This document shows positions 49,588 to 63,672 of a stretch of DNA of 64,000 nt, piece after piece. Where the stretch lies: positions 128,001 through 192,000 of the forward strand of contig CAVZQC010000004.1 in NCBI GenBank assembly GCA_963777315.1. The letters are read 5' to 3'. The notes beneath the pieces are model-generated. The model saw only the letters and a program-made list of their open reading frames with translations. It was not told the DNA's origin and made no database searches. The translations under genes and the position numbers were made by a program. The DNA comes from Vulcanimicrobiota bacterium (lineage in GTDB: Bacteria > Vulcanimicrobiota > Vulcanimicrobiia > Vulcanimicrobiales > Vulcanimicrobiaceae). Numbering within the stretch: position 1 is the first letter of the stretch; every line of letters starts with the position of its first letter.

Positions 49588-52366
49588 GTGGCAGAAAGCG
49601 TCCCAACCATCGAGCGGCACCCGCTGCCTTCAGGCACGGTCACGTTTCTCTTTTCGGATATCGAAGGCAGTACGCAACGGTGGGAGTCGCACCGCTTGGC
49701 AATGCAGGACGCCGTGCGCAGGCACGACGCGCTGCTGCGTTCGGCCATCGAACTGCGTGGCGGCTTTGTGTTCAAAACCGTCGGTGATGCGTTCTATGGC
49801 GTCTTCCCGACTGCTCCCCAAGCTATTGCTGCAGCGCTCGAAGCACAGCGCGCCGTTGCGGCCGAAGACTGGAGCGGCGTCAACGGCTTGCACGTGCGTA
49901 CGGCGATTCATACCGGAAATGCCGACGAGCGCGAAGGCGACTATTTCGGCTCGACGGTAAACCGCGTCTCGCGGCTTCTGGCCATCGGGCATGGCGGGCA
50001 GATTCTGGTGTCCGGCGTAACCGCCGATTTAGTTCAGGGGCAGATGCCGCCGCAAGCGACGCTGCACGATCTGGGCGCGCATCGTTTGAAAGACTTGGCC
50101 TATCCCGAGCAAGTGTACCAAGTCCTTGCGCCGGATCTTCCGCGCGACTTTCCGCCGCTGCGTTCGCTCGGCGCGCTTCCCAACAATCTGCCGCTTCAGC
50201 TCACCTCGTTTGTGGGGCGCGACGAGGAAGTCGCAGAGATTCAACAACTGTTAGCCAAGTCGCGTTTGGTTACGCTGGTCGGTTCGGGCGGCGTGGGCAA
50301 GACTCGAACCTCGTTGCAGGTGGCTGCAGATCGCCTGGATGCGTATCCGGACGGCGTGTGGGTCGTCGAACTTGCCCCGCTTACCGATCCCGAGCTCATC
50401 GCCACAACGGTTGCGGGCGTGCTGGGCGTCTCCATTGCTCCGACGCAGCGGCCCGTCGATGCTATCGTTGCCGAATTGCGCGAACGGACGACGCTGCTCA
50501 TCTTTGACAACTGCGAACACGTGGTCGCGCATGCGGCCGCCGTGGTCGACGAGATCCTGCACCATTGTTCGCGCGTCACGGTCCTTGCCAGCAGCCGCGA
50601 AGGGTTGGGAATCGCCGGCGAATCGGTTTACCGCATGCCCTCGCTTCGCGTTCCGCCTGCAAGCTCGCCGGTCACCGCGGCTGCGGCAATGCAGTATGGA
50701 GCCGTGGCACTGTTCGCCGAGCGTGGTGCGGCCGTTTCGAACTTTGCCATCACCGATGCCAATGCCGGAATCGTTGCCGGCGTTTGCCGCCGGCTCGACG
50801 GAATCGCTTTAGCCATCGAACTTGCGGCGCCGCGCCTAAAAGTTTTGAGCGTCGACGAGCTGGATAAGCGCCTGAGCGATCGGTTCCGCATTCTCACCGG
50901 CGGCAGCCGCAGCGCGCTGCCTCGCCAGCAAACCCTACGCGCGCTCATCGATTGGAGCCACGATCTCCTTACCGAAAATGAAAAGATGCTTTTTCGCCGT
51001 CTCGGAATCTTCGTGGGAGGCTTTACGCTCGAAGCGATGACCGCCGTCTGCGCCGACGATCGCATTGAAGAATGGGACGCGGTCGATTTACTGCAGTCCC
51101 TGGTCGAAAAGTCGCTCGTGGTTGCCGAGATCAGCGATGCCGAACAACGCTACCGAATGATGGAATCGACGCGGCAATACGCGTTGGAGCGCCTGGCGCG
51201 CGGCGGAGAACGCGACCTGTTCGCGCGCAGGCACGCGATGTATTTCTTGGACCTCGCGCAACGCTGCGAGAAAGATTTCGACGAGATAGCCTACGACGGT
51301 TGGATCGCCGCGTATACGCCTGAATTGGACAACTTTCGGACGGCGCTGGACTGGTCGCTAGGCGAGCGCGGCGAGATCGAGATCGCGGTGGGATTGATCG
51401 GATCTCTGGCAAGGCTCTGGCGGGAATTTTCCCTCGAGGGTGAAGGGCTGCGCGCCGGCGACGCAGTGATCGCACTGCTGGGCGAGCGCGCCGACAGTCC
51501 GCTGGCGGCGCCCGTGTGGCTGGCAATTGCCGGCTTGACGGCAAATCTCTTTCTCAAAGCTCGACGCATCGATGCGGCGCGGCGGGCGCTGCGCCTCTAT
51601 GAGTCTCTGGGCGACGAGCCCAAAATCATTGATTCTTTGGTAGCGGTCGGCGATACGTTACGCCAGCTGAATAAGTCCCAAGAGGCGCTCGAGCCGCTCA
51701 GCCGGGCGCTGGAGATCAGCTCGCAGCCGCGGCGATCGCAACAGGGTCGCAGGTGCGCTCAGCCGCCTGTCACTCGCGCAATTTTACTTGGGACAAACCG
51801 ACGAAGCGCGCAAGATGATGCAAGAAGCTCGCGCGATCTGCCGCAGCCTCGGTCGCGACAACCAGCTCTTGATCATGACCTTGAATTTGGCCGAACTCGA
51901 AGCGAACAACGGCAACTTCGAGCGGGCCATAGAATTGGCGAAGGAAACCCTGCCGCAAACCAGTGCGACTCGATTTGCCGCGTCACGGTCGACTTTGCTT
52001 GCGAACTTATCGGGATACTTGGTGCTCGCAGGAAAAAGCGACGACGCAATAGCGGTGATCCGTGAGACGATTGCCGTCACCAAGGAGCGGCAGGAGGCCG
52101 TTTTGCTCACCATATCGTTACAGCACGCCGCAATGATCGGTGTGGGCCGCAGCCGAGCAGCGGATGCTGCCCGGCTGCACGGCTACGCCGAGGCGACGTT
52201 TGAAGCGCTGGGATCCTTGATGGAACCGGTCGAGATGCAGGAAAAGGCGCGCCTTACTGCGTTGCTGCAAGAACGGCTCGGCGCGGAACGCGTTTCCGCA
52301 TTGGTTGCCGAGGGGCGTGCGCTCAGCCAAGCCGATGCCATCGGCATCGCGATGTCGCTGCTCTAA
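49588..52366 (+). CDS. Class III adenylate/guanylate cyclase - NB-ARC(STAND) - TPR protein, +1 frameshift near 51718-51721
   Basis: 'FSDIEGST', 'KTVGDAF', 'DYFGSTVNRVSR', 'GSGGVGKT', 'DNCEH'; TPR frame resumes 'RSRGDRNRVAGALSRL..LGQTDEAR'. Confidence 0.88.
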
Positions 52367-55300
52367 CGCAGCTCGCCCAGCAGCGTACGAACGGCGGCCT
52401 CCAACTGCGGATCGGTACGCGAACCTACCGGGCGGGTGACGTACACGTCGACCGGGCGCGGATGCAGCTCCATATTTTCCCCGCCCAGCGTCGTTACGCG
52501 TTGGAACGGCAGGCGAAACGTCGAGCCGTCCACCAGCTGTATTGCCGACGTGTAAATGATCCAGCCTGCCGTGGGCACGCCGACCACTTTGCCCAGGTGC
52601 AATTGACGGTAGCCTTGCGTGAAATCCTCGCCGTCGGAGAGCGTTTCTTCGTTCACGATCAGCACCGTCGGCTTTTCCAGCGCGCGCTGCCCGAGTTGCA
52701 CGCGCGCAGAAGCCGAAGGCATGTTGCGAGGGTACATGCGCAGATACGGCTTGCGGGCAAACACGTCCAAGGCATAGGCATTGACGAAGCCGCCCTCGTT
52801 CGAACGAATGTCGACGACCACGCCTTCCTTGTCGAAATCCGTCACGTCCAAATCCTTATAGAGCCCCGCCAATGATTGCGCGGACATGTCCGGGATGTGC
52901 ACGTAACCCAAGCGCCCGCCGCTCGCGCGCAGCACGTACTCGCGGTTCGCATTGACCCACGCGCGGTAGCGCAGGATCATCGAAGTGGCGTAGTTCACCG
53001 GCTGAACCGGCACTTGCCGGTAGCGCGGCCCAATGGTCAGCACGACGCGCTTGCCGATCGTATTGTCCAGCAGCGCATCGACGTTCGTATGCGCGTCGAC
53101 GCGCATACCGTTTATCGCAACGAGTTCGTCGCCGGCGTGGATTTGGCCCGAAACGTCGGCAGGCGATTGCGGGACGACGCCGGTGATCCGCAGCCGTCCG
53201 GTTTGCTCGTACGTAAGGCGGTCGAAGTCCAAGCCGAGCCGTCCGCTCGTGCGTTTGGCCGGCCGCGGCGGATAGACGCCGCTATGCGAGCTGTTTAACT
53301 CGCCGATCATCAGCGCGAGAAGCCGGCGGAATTCGTCGGGATTTTGCGCGCCCTCGATACGCGGCAGGTACTTATCGCGAACCGCATTCCAATCGACGCC
53401 GTTGGTGTGTGGGTCGGCGTAAAAATCGCGAATCGCACTCCAAGCCTGCGTGAACGCCTCGACCTTGTCGCGATTCCAATCGTCGTCGAACTCCGCGGTG
53501 ATAGGGAGCGGCACGTCCTTGCCGTTCTCGGTCGATACGACGTGCATGGCGCCGTTTTCATCCAGGTAGTAGATGCGTTTTCCATCCGGTGACCACGATG
53601 CGAAATTCTTGTCACCGGCCGAATTCGTCAGTTGATGCGCTACACTGGGCTGCGAAGCGTTTTCGGACAGCGCAAAGAGATAGAGGTTCGTCTGTCCCGC
53701 TACTGCGGCGGTGACCAGAAGGACGCTGCCGTCCGGGCTGACGCTCTGCGACTGCACGTCCAGGCCGATGGGAAGCAGCTGCAATCGCTCCCGGATCCCG
53801 GCGAACGCGATGCGGACTTGCGGATGGCGCTGCGCTTTGCTGCGCTGCGCGGCGTTGGTTTGATGAATGGCCGAAGGCGCGGTGGGGGTTTCGGTGGGTT
53901 GTTGACCGCTCGGGGTGAACAACGCCTTGAACTTGGATTCTTCGAACGTCGGCGTTCTTGGAACGAGGTCCACCCGAGCCACCTGCGCGGGTTCCGTGCG
54001 CTGCGTGGTGTCGAACAGCAGAAACTTGCCGTGCGGATCCCAAGCGATTGTATTGGTGAAGACGTCCGCTAGAAACGAAATCGGCCGCTCCGATGGAGCG
54101 TCCACGTCGACGGCGTGCACGTTGGTAAATCCGTGCGTTTCCGCGACGAAGAACGCGAGCCACCGGCCGTCGGGCGACCACTGCAGCGGACGATCGGGAT
54201 CGAACGGCGTCCACGGTAGAATCGTGCTCGCCACCGTGCGCTCGTGCTCGCCGTTCGCATCGATGATCCGCACTTCTCGGCCGCCTTGCTCAAACGCTAT
54301 CTGATCCGGCAGGCCGCTTTCGTGCGGCCGGTATTGCAGGTAACGAACGTCCGCGCTGGACGAGGTGAGCCGACGTCGGCGATCGCTAAGAAAATCGTAC
54401 GTTTCGATGAACCCGTCGTGTCCGTGCCCGGCCACGTACGCCACGCTGTTGCTGTCGGGCGACCATGCAATCGAACCCAGCGCGTAGCGATTCGTCAGCG
54501 GCACGTTGAACGCCGTGCCGCCGCGCAGCGCGTCCGCCGCGAATAAACGACCGTGTGCGATGAAGGCGATCTTCTTGCCGTCGGGGGAGAGCGCGTAGTT
54601 GCTGAAGCGATCGCTCAGCGTAAGATGTGCGGTCTGCGGCGCTGCGATGGCGCCTTGCAGCACGATCGGCACGTGGTTCGTTCCGCCCGTGGACGCTTCG
54701 TACAGCCAGATTCCAAAGCCGCGCTCGAAGACGATGGCGGATCCGTTGCGCGCAATGCTGGGCCACACGACGCGTCCGTTCGTGAAGTGCGTCAAGCGAT
54801 GCGCTTGCCCTCCGGGGGGCTGTTCCCAGAGGTTTTGCGCCCCGCTGCGATCCGACATGAAGTACAGCGTTCTGCCGTCGGGCGCCCACATCGGCCACTG
54901 ATCCTTCGCATTGCCGGCGGTAACGCGCTCGTACGTCGCGCTTGCGTTTCCACGGCGCAGCCAAATCTCGCATTCGTCCAAATGGCTGTGGCCTTTGCGC
55001 CACCACTGCGAGCCCGCGAAGCCGCGCGCGTCGAATGCCAATACGTCCTGCTGCGGTGAAGGCGCGGCCAGAAAGACGTTCATGTACGGCTGCGTGACGA
55101 CGCGCATCGGCGTACCGCCGCTGCTGCGTACCCGATAGATGTCGTGCGCGCCGTAGATATTGCGGCTGGAGTTGGCAAAATAGATCCAGGCACCATCGTG
55201 CGACCAGCCGTCGAGCTCGTCGTAACCGTCGTCGTACGTCAACCGCGTAACCGTACCCGTCGCCAAAGTCAGCACGTAGACGTCGCCGTTCCCCGTCTTG

Positions 55301-55578
55301 GACGAAATGTACGCGACTTCACGCCCGTCGGGAGAAAACATTGGGCGCTCGTCCGTGGCGCCGTCGTCGATCAATAGCCGAGCGGTACCACCGCCGGCCG
55401 CAACGGTCCAGACGCTTCCGCCGGATACGAAAACGATTTCGCGTCCGTTCGGCGAGAGGGACGGCTGCGCCAGCGAAGGGAGCGCCGACGCCGCCGCGGC
55501 GCACACAATGACGCAGAACGCGAAGATGAAGACGCCGTACAACGCTCGCATATGCGGCGTGGTTTCCCTTCGCGTCAC
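52363..55578 (-). CDS. Tricorn-like S41 peptidase with beta-propellers and PDZ, secreted
   Basis: Signal peptide, PD40/TolB-like repeats, 'GELNSSH', 'GYVHIPDM', 'DIRSNEGG', 'SDGE'. Confidence 0.92.
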   Translation of the reverse strand: MTRRETTPHMRALYGVFIFAFCVIVCAAAASALPSLAQPSLSPNGREIVFVSGGSVWTVAAGGGTARLLIDDGATDERPMFSPDGREVAYISSKTGNGDVYVLTLATGTVTRLTYDDGYDELDGWSHDGAWIYFANSSRNIYGAHDIYRVRSSGGTPMRVVTQPYMNVFLAAPSPQQDVLAFDARGFAGSQWWRKGHSHLDECEIWLRRGNASATYERVTAGNAKDQWPMWAPDGRTLYFMSDRSGAQNLWEQPPGGQAHRLTHFTNGRVVWPSIARNGSAIVFERGFGIWLYEASTGGTNHVPIVLQGAIAAPQTAHLTLSDRFSNYALSPDGKKIAFIAHGRLFAADALRGGTAFNVPLTNRYALGSIAWSPDSNSVAYVAGHGHDGFIETYDFLSDRRRRLTSSSADVRYLQYRPHESGLPDQIAFEQGGREVRIIDANGEHERTVASTILPWTPFDPDRPLQWSPDGRWLAFFVAETHGFTNVHAVDVDAPSERPISFLADVFTNTIAWDPHGKFLLFDTTQRTEPAQVARVDLVPRTPTFEESKFKALFTPSGQQPTETPTAPSAIHQTNAAQRSKAQRHPQVRIAFAGIRERLQLLPIGLDVQSQSVSPDGSVLLVTAAVAGQTNLYLFALSENASQPSVAHQLTNSAGDKNFASWSPDGKRIYYLDENGAMHVVSTENGKDVPLPITAEFDDDWNRDKVEAFTQAWSAIRDFYADPHTNGVDWNAVRDKYLPRIEGAQNPDEFRRLLALMIGELNSSHSGVYPPRPAKRTSGRLGLDFDRLTYEQTGRLRITGVVPQSPADVSGQIHAGDELVAINGMRVDAHTNVDALLDNTIGKRVVLTIGPRYRQVPVQPVNYATSMILRYRAWVNANREYVLRASGGRLGYVHIPDMSAQSLAGLYKDLDVTDFDKEGVVVDIRSNEGGFVNAYALDVFARKPYLRMYPRNMPSASARVQLGQRALEKPTVLIVNEETLSDGEDFTQGYRQLHLGKVVGVPTAGWIIYTSAIQLVDGSTFRLPFQRVTTLGGENMELHPRPVDVYVTRPVGSRTDPQLEAAVRTLLGELR

Positions 55579-55748
55579 GGTGCTCCTCAGCTCACTCGTT
55601 CAGACAATCACCGCATTACGACGAGACATCGGCATGATCCGCAACGTCTTCACTTTGCTCGTACTTGCTGCGTTGCCCAGCCCTGTGCGAACGGTCGCGA
55701 CGTGAGCGCCGATATGGCTATCGGGTCCGTCCGCGGTATTGCAAAAAT

Positions 55749-55931
55749 CTAGCGGCGCGCCGACGCCAAAGCGGCTATCGCCGGAAGGCGGCCCGGCGCC
55801 GGTTTGCGCGCGCGCCGGATGCCGTCGAAGAAGCGCGCTCCGACCGTCATCAGAACAAGCAATACGATTGGAATCAGCGCCACGAAAAAGGCAGCGTTTT
55901 GGGCGGCATAGGAGTGCTCGTAGCCTGACAT
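55749..55931 (-). CDS. Small single-TM protein (60 aa), paralog of 58850..59011
   Basis: MSGYEHSYAAQNAAFFVALIPIVLLVLMTVGA..RRAR; extended -10 TGgTATATT upstream. Confidence 0.65.
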   Translation of the reverse strand: MSGYEHSYAAQNAAFFVALIPIVLLVLMTVGARFFDGIRRARKPAPGRLPAIAALASARR

Positions 55932-56064
55932 ATTGTCGCGCAATATACCATACGGCGCCGGCGCTTGTCTACGCTTTTTTCGCGACGCGTCGCCGCCGGC
56001 TCGCCCGCACGTTCGGCGACCGGCCGCGTTTGCCGCAGGCGCAAACGGAAACGATACGACTGTC

Positions 56065-56646
56065 ATGAATCAGCCTGAAGAACCGCGCCCGTACCGGCGG
56101 GCCAAAGAGCCCACGACGCCGCTGGCGGGGCCGTACGGACATCCGATTCATCCGCTGCTGGTAACCGTGCCGATCGGCGCGTGGATGTCGAGTGTGGCGT
56201 TCGACCTGATCGGGCCCGCGAGCGGCGACGAGCGAGCCTATGCGATCGGCTCCAAGCGCCTGATCGACATCGGAATCGTCAGCGCAACTGGCGCCGGAAT
56301 GTTTGGCTTGCTCGACTGGCTCAATATTCCGCGCGGCACGCGCGCGTGGTACACGGGGCTGGCGCACATGGGCATGAACCTGACGGCCATCGGGCTGTTC
56401 GCCGTCAATAGCTCGTCGCGCGGACAGCGTTTGCAAGCACGGGATTCCGAGCCTCCCGTAACGTGGTGGCAACGCGGGCTTTCGCTCACCACGGCCATGT
56501 CGCTGCTGGTTTCAGGCTGGCTGGGCGGATCGCTCACGTACCATTACGGCGTGCGCGTTGCCGACGAAGAGCACCAAAAGCACACGGGCTTTCGCAAGGA
56601 CGGCATCGCCGAGCGCATCGGATCGCTGTTGTCGAGCGACAATTAG
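56065..56646 (+). CDS. DUF2231 family membrane protein
   Basis: 'GHPIHPLLVTVPIG', 'GLLDW', 'HMGMN', 'SGWLGGSLTYHYG'. Confidence 0.88.
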   Translation: MNQPEEPRPYRRAKEPTTPLAGPYGHPIHPLLVTVPIGAWMSSVAFDLIGPASGDERAYAIGSKRLIDIGIVSATGAGMFGLLDWLNIPRGTRAWYTGLAHMGMNLTAIGLFAVNSSSRGQRLQARDSEPPVTWWQRGLSLTTAMSLLVSGWLGGSLTYHYGVRVADEEHQKHTGFRKDGIAERIGSLLSSDN

Positions 56647-56690
56647 CGCGCGCCCGTTCAAAGTTTTCGTTAACTTGCTCGCGGCGTCGA

Positions 56691-57143
56691 TTGAAGCCAA
56701 CCGGCGCGGGGAACAGCCTTAGGGATTGGAGGCATACCCCACTGGTGCGGTGGTCGATCGATGCCGGTGACGCGTATTCGGTGGCTAAGGTTCGCCGCGC
56801 CGTCGTCGAGCAGTTACAAGTCATTACCGGCGGCGGCGCAGACGTGTTCGCGTTGGAAACCGTATTGGGAGAGCTGCTCGGAGCGCAAATGGAGCGCGGA
56901 CACATTGCGCTCGCGGTGATCATCGAACACGGCATCGGCAATCCGACGGTGCACGTTTACACGCAGGGGAGCTCCGCTGCGGGATCGACGCACGGCGAAC
57001 TGCGCGACGCTATTCTCGAAGGGACCCGGCTGCCGATGTCGATCGAAGCGACCTCGCAAGGGACGCACTATTGCCTTCGTCTTGCCCAAGCTTCAGAGCA
57101 AATCGGTTCCCAGCTCTCGGATGCCAACGGCTCGCTGGCATAG
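56691..57143 (+). CDS. Hypothetical protein, degenerate RsbW-like GHKL fold
   Basis: 'AKVRRAV..ADVFALETVLGELLG..GT.YCLRL'; start uncertain. Confidence 0.5.
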   Translation: MKPTGAGNSLRDWRHTPLVRWSIDAGDAYSVAKVRRAVVEQLQVITGGGADVFALETVLGELLGAQMERGHIALAVIIEHGIGNPTVHVYTQGSSAAGSTHGELRDAILEGTRLPMSIEATSQGTHYCLRLAQASEQIGSQLSDANGSLA

Positions 57144-58056
57144 CAGCCGAATCCCCATACTCAACGCGCCGATGACCCCGCAAGCCGGCGGTGCGCTCGC
57201 GCGCGCCGTCAGCGAAGCGGGCGGTTTGGGAATGCTCGGATTCGACGAAGATGAGAGCGAAGCGTCGATTCGCGAGCAGCTGGCGATCCTCGCGGCCGAG
57301 CCACGCGTGCCGTTCGGCATCGGACTGGTGGCATGGGTGCTCGAGCGGCGACCGCAGCTGCTCGATGCAGCGATTGCCGCATCGCCGAAGCTGATCAGCA
57401 TTTCGTTCGGCGATCCCGCACCGTATGCAGCGCGCGTTCATGCCGCCGGCATTTTGCTCGCCTCGCAAATTCAAAACCGCGCGTCCGCCCGCATCGCACT
57501 GGAAGCGGGTGTCGATATTCTGACCGCCCAAGGCACCGAGGCCGGCGGGCATACGGGTTCGGCGGTGTCCACCCTGCCGTTGCTGCAGATCGTACTGGAG
57601 ATGACGGACAAGCCCGTGTTGGCGGCAGGCGGGATTGCAACCGGACGCGGACTTGCAGCTGTGCTTGCCGCCGGAGCGGCGGCCGCGTGGATCGGCACGC
57701 CGTTTTTGCTCGCGTCCGAAGCGCGCAACAGCGAAGCAGCGCGGCTGCGCATTGCAGCCGGCGACGAAACGCAGACCATCTACACGCGCGTCTACGATCG
57801 CGTCGCGCACAAAGGCTGGCCTGCCGAGTTCGGAGCGCGCGCGCTGCGCACGCCGTTTTTGGAGCGGTGGACCGGACGCGAAGATCGGCTGATGAGCGAC
57901 GCGCAGGCGCTCGCGCAGTTCAACCCCGACGAAAAAATCTATGCCGGACAGTCGGTCGGGCTGATAAAGGACGTGCGGCCCGCCGGCGAAATCGTTCGCA
58001 GCATCGCCGACCAAGCGCAACATCTGGTTCGCGAGATGCGCGCCGTGCTAGAATAG
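57121..58056 (+). CDS. Nitronate monooxygenase / 2-nitropropane dioxygenase-like flavoprotein
   Basis: 'PILNAPM', 'AVSEAGGLG', 'QGTEAGGH', 'AAGGI', 'YAGQSVG'. Confidence 0.9.
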   Translation: MPTARWHSSRIPILNAPMTPQAGGALARAVSEAGGLGMLGFDEDESEASIREQLAILAAEPRVPFGIGLVAWVLERRPQLLDAAIAASPKLISISFGDPAPYAARVHAAGILLASQIQNRASARIALEAGVDILTAQGTEAGGHTGSAVSTLPLLQIVLEMTDKPVLAAGGIATGRGLAAVLAAGAAAAWIGTPFLLASEARNSEAARLRIAAGDETQTIYTRVYDRVAHKGWPAEFGARALRTPFLERWTGREDRLMSDAQALAQFNPDEKIYAGQSVGLIKDVRPAGEIVRSIADQAQHLVREMRAVLE

Positions 58057-58059
58057 CGC

Positions 58060-58804
58060 ATGCGCCTTTCCTTTTCGCGGATCGTCCGTCCCGCGGGAAT
58101 TGTTGCAGTCCTTGCCTTGATTTTCACCGGCGTGCACGTTCACGCCGCGTCCGGCATGTCGAGCGGGATCGATCCCGCAAACCGTCAATGCCTATTACGA
58201 TCCGTCGATCAACGAAATCGTGTTTCCGGCCGGCATTCTTCAGCCGCCTTTTTTCAACAAAGACGCGAATATGGCGGTCAACTACCGCGCGATCGGCGCG
58301 GTCATCGGGCATGAATCGACCCACGGCTTCGACGACCAGGGCCGAAAATTCGACGCGCAGGGCAATCTGCGCGATTGGTGGACGGCGCAAGACGCGGCTC
58401 GGTTCAACGCCCGCGCGCAGTGTGTCGTCACCCAGTGGAACGCGCTTTCACCGCTGCCCGGCGTGCATGAGATCGGTGCGCAGGTAGAGGGCGAAGAGAT
58501 TGCCGACTTGGGCGGCTTGACCATAGCGTACAAGGCGTTCGAGAAGTGGCAATTGCAGCATCCGCGGCGCGTCATCGGCGGATTCACGCCCGAGCAGCGA
58601 TTCTTTTTGGGCTTTGCGCAGGTGTGGGCGAGCGCGGAGCGCCCGCAGTACATCCGCTTGCTCGCGCAGAGCGACGTTCACGGCTACGACAAATTCCGCG
58701 TGAACCAGACGCTGAGCGACATGCCGCAGTTCGCCGCCGCGTTCTTCTGCAAGTTAAAGGATCCCATGGTGCGCCCGGCCTCGCAGCAGTGCCGAATTTG
58801 GTAG
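58060..58804 (+). pseudogene. M13 (neprilysin/PepO) metallopeptidase with large internal deletion and frameshift
   Basis: Signal peptide + 'SGIDPAN' joined out of frame to 'PQTVNAYYDP..FPAGILQPPFF..HESTHGFDDQG..GEEIADLGG..CRIW'. Confidence 0.85.
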
Positions 58805-58849
58805 GCGGAGTGCATCCTTTTTGCAGCGGGTCGCGTTATTAACCACGGA

Positions 58850-59011
58850 ATGATAACTTCGACGTTTGCACACCCCTATACGACGCAGCTCGTCTCGCTC
58901 TGGCTTTCCTTTTTGCCGGTGCTCGCCATGGGCGTCCTGATGACCGGCGCCTTGCTTCGGGGCGACCGCGGCCGCGCTCGGCTCGACCATATCCGCGTGC
59001 CTGCCCGCTAA
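58850..59011 (+). CDS. Small single-TM protein (53 aa), absent from the ORF track
   Basis: MITSTFAHPYTTQLVSLWLSFLPVLAMGVLMTGALLRGDRGRARLDHIRVPAR; aligns by eye with 55749..55931. Confidence 0.65.
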   Translation: MITSTFAHPYTTQLVSLWLSFLPVLAMGVLMTGALLRGDRGRARLDHIRVPAR

Positions 59012-59032
59012 TCGTCCGCTCGGAAACGGCCG

Positions 59033-59061
59033 TTGCATCGGCCCGAGGTGCGGTGTATACT
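59033..59061 (+). promoter_or_regulatory. Sigma70-type promoter of rpoB
   Basis: TTGCAT 59033-59038, 17-nt spacer, TATACT 59056-59061. Confidence 0.75.
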
Positions 59062-59096
59062 AGTCGCCTATGCCCCGCGCCCGATAGGCATATAAG

Positions 59097-59143
59097 AAGA
59101 AGAACGAGTCCCTTTGCCGGGCAGAGGACCTCTCGTTCTTTTT
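59097..59143 (+). promoter_or_regulatory. Terminator-like hairpin in the rpoB 5' leader (possible attenuator)
   Basis: AAGAACGAG..CTCGTTCTT stem enclosing TCC(C)TTTGC/GCAGAGGA, ending in a T run. Confidence 0.55.
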
Positions 59144-59190
59144 AGCGTGCCCGCGCGACGCCCACATTCACGGTGAGAGAGAAAGAAATA

Positions 59191-63117
<3,927 letters not shown>

Positions 63118-63122
63118 CACGC

Positions 63123-63150
63123 AAGGGCGGCGCAAAAGCGCCGCCCTTTG
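63123..63150 (+). terminator. Intrinsic terminator after rpoB (possibly bidirectional)
   Basis: AAGGGCGGCGC-AAAA-GCGCCGCCCTT perfect 11-bp stem. Confidence 0.85.
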
Positions 63151-63201
63151 TAATTAGCGAGGCGAAGTCGCCCCCATTGCCGGCGAAAGTGACGTGCTAC
63201 C

Positions 63202-63672
63202 TCAACGCCCCGCAATTGTTTGCCGAACCCTTAGCCCGAGCCGGTAAAGCGCAGCGCCAATCCCGCCGCCGACGGCGCCGCACGCCGTATCGATCAGATT
63301 CCACCGAAGGCCTTCATCCGAACCCCCGAGATATTGTGCGACTTCTATGCATGCGCTGAGCGCCGCAATCAATATCGCCGCATTGAGAATGCGAAAGCGT
63401 CCTATGGGCAGGGGTGCGATGACGAAGCCGGCTATTGCGAACGCTGCAATGCTGTAGAGCTTGCGGATAATGACGTAGTGCGGCAAACTTTGGGGCGTCG
63501 TAATGCCATGTACGTCGGAGCTCAACGCAACAACGAACACCGCCGCCAGAACTATGACTGCCGTAACCAATTTACGGCGATAACGCCGGATTTTTGTTGC
63601 GTTTTTCACGTTCCGCCGCGCCGTTCTCCCATATAGGTTCACATTTCTCCGTGCGCTGTCGCTACCTATCAT
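63202..63672 (-). CDS. VanZ-like membrane protein (start uncertain)
   Basis: 'IRKLYSIAAF..SACIEVAQY..NLIDTACGAVGG'. Confidence 0.65.
   Translation of the reverse strand: MIGSDSARRNVNLYGRTARRNVKNATKIRRYRRKLVTAVIVLAAVFVVALSSDVHGITTPQSLPHYVIIRKLYSIAAFAIAGFVIAPLPIGRFRILNAAILIAALSACIEVAQYLGGSDEGLRWNLIDTACGAVGGGIGAALYRLGLRVRQTIAGR

Noticed and set aside
49588..52366. Novel anti-phage STAND (Avs-like) system
   Set aside because: Cyclase-NB-ARC-TPR is a widespread regulatory architecture and there is no defence-island context.
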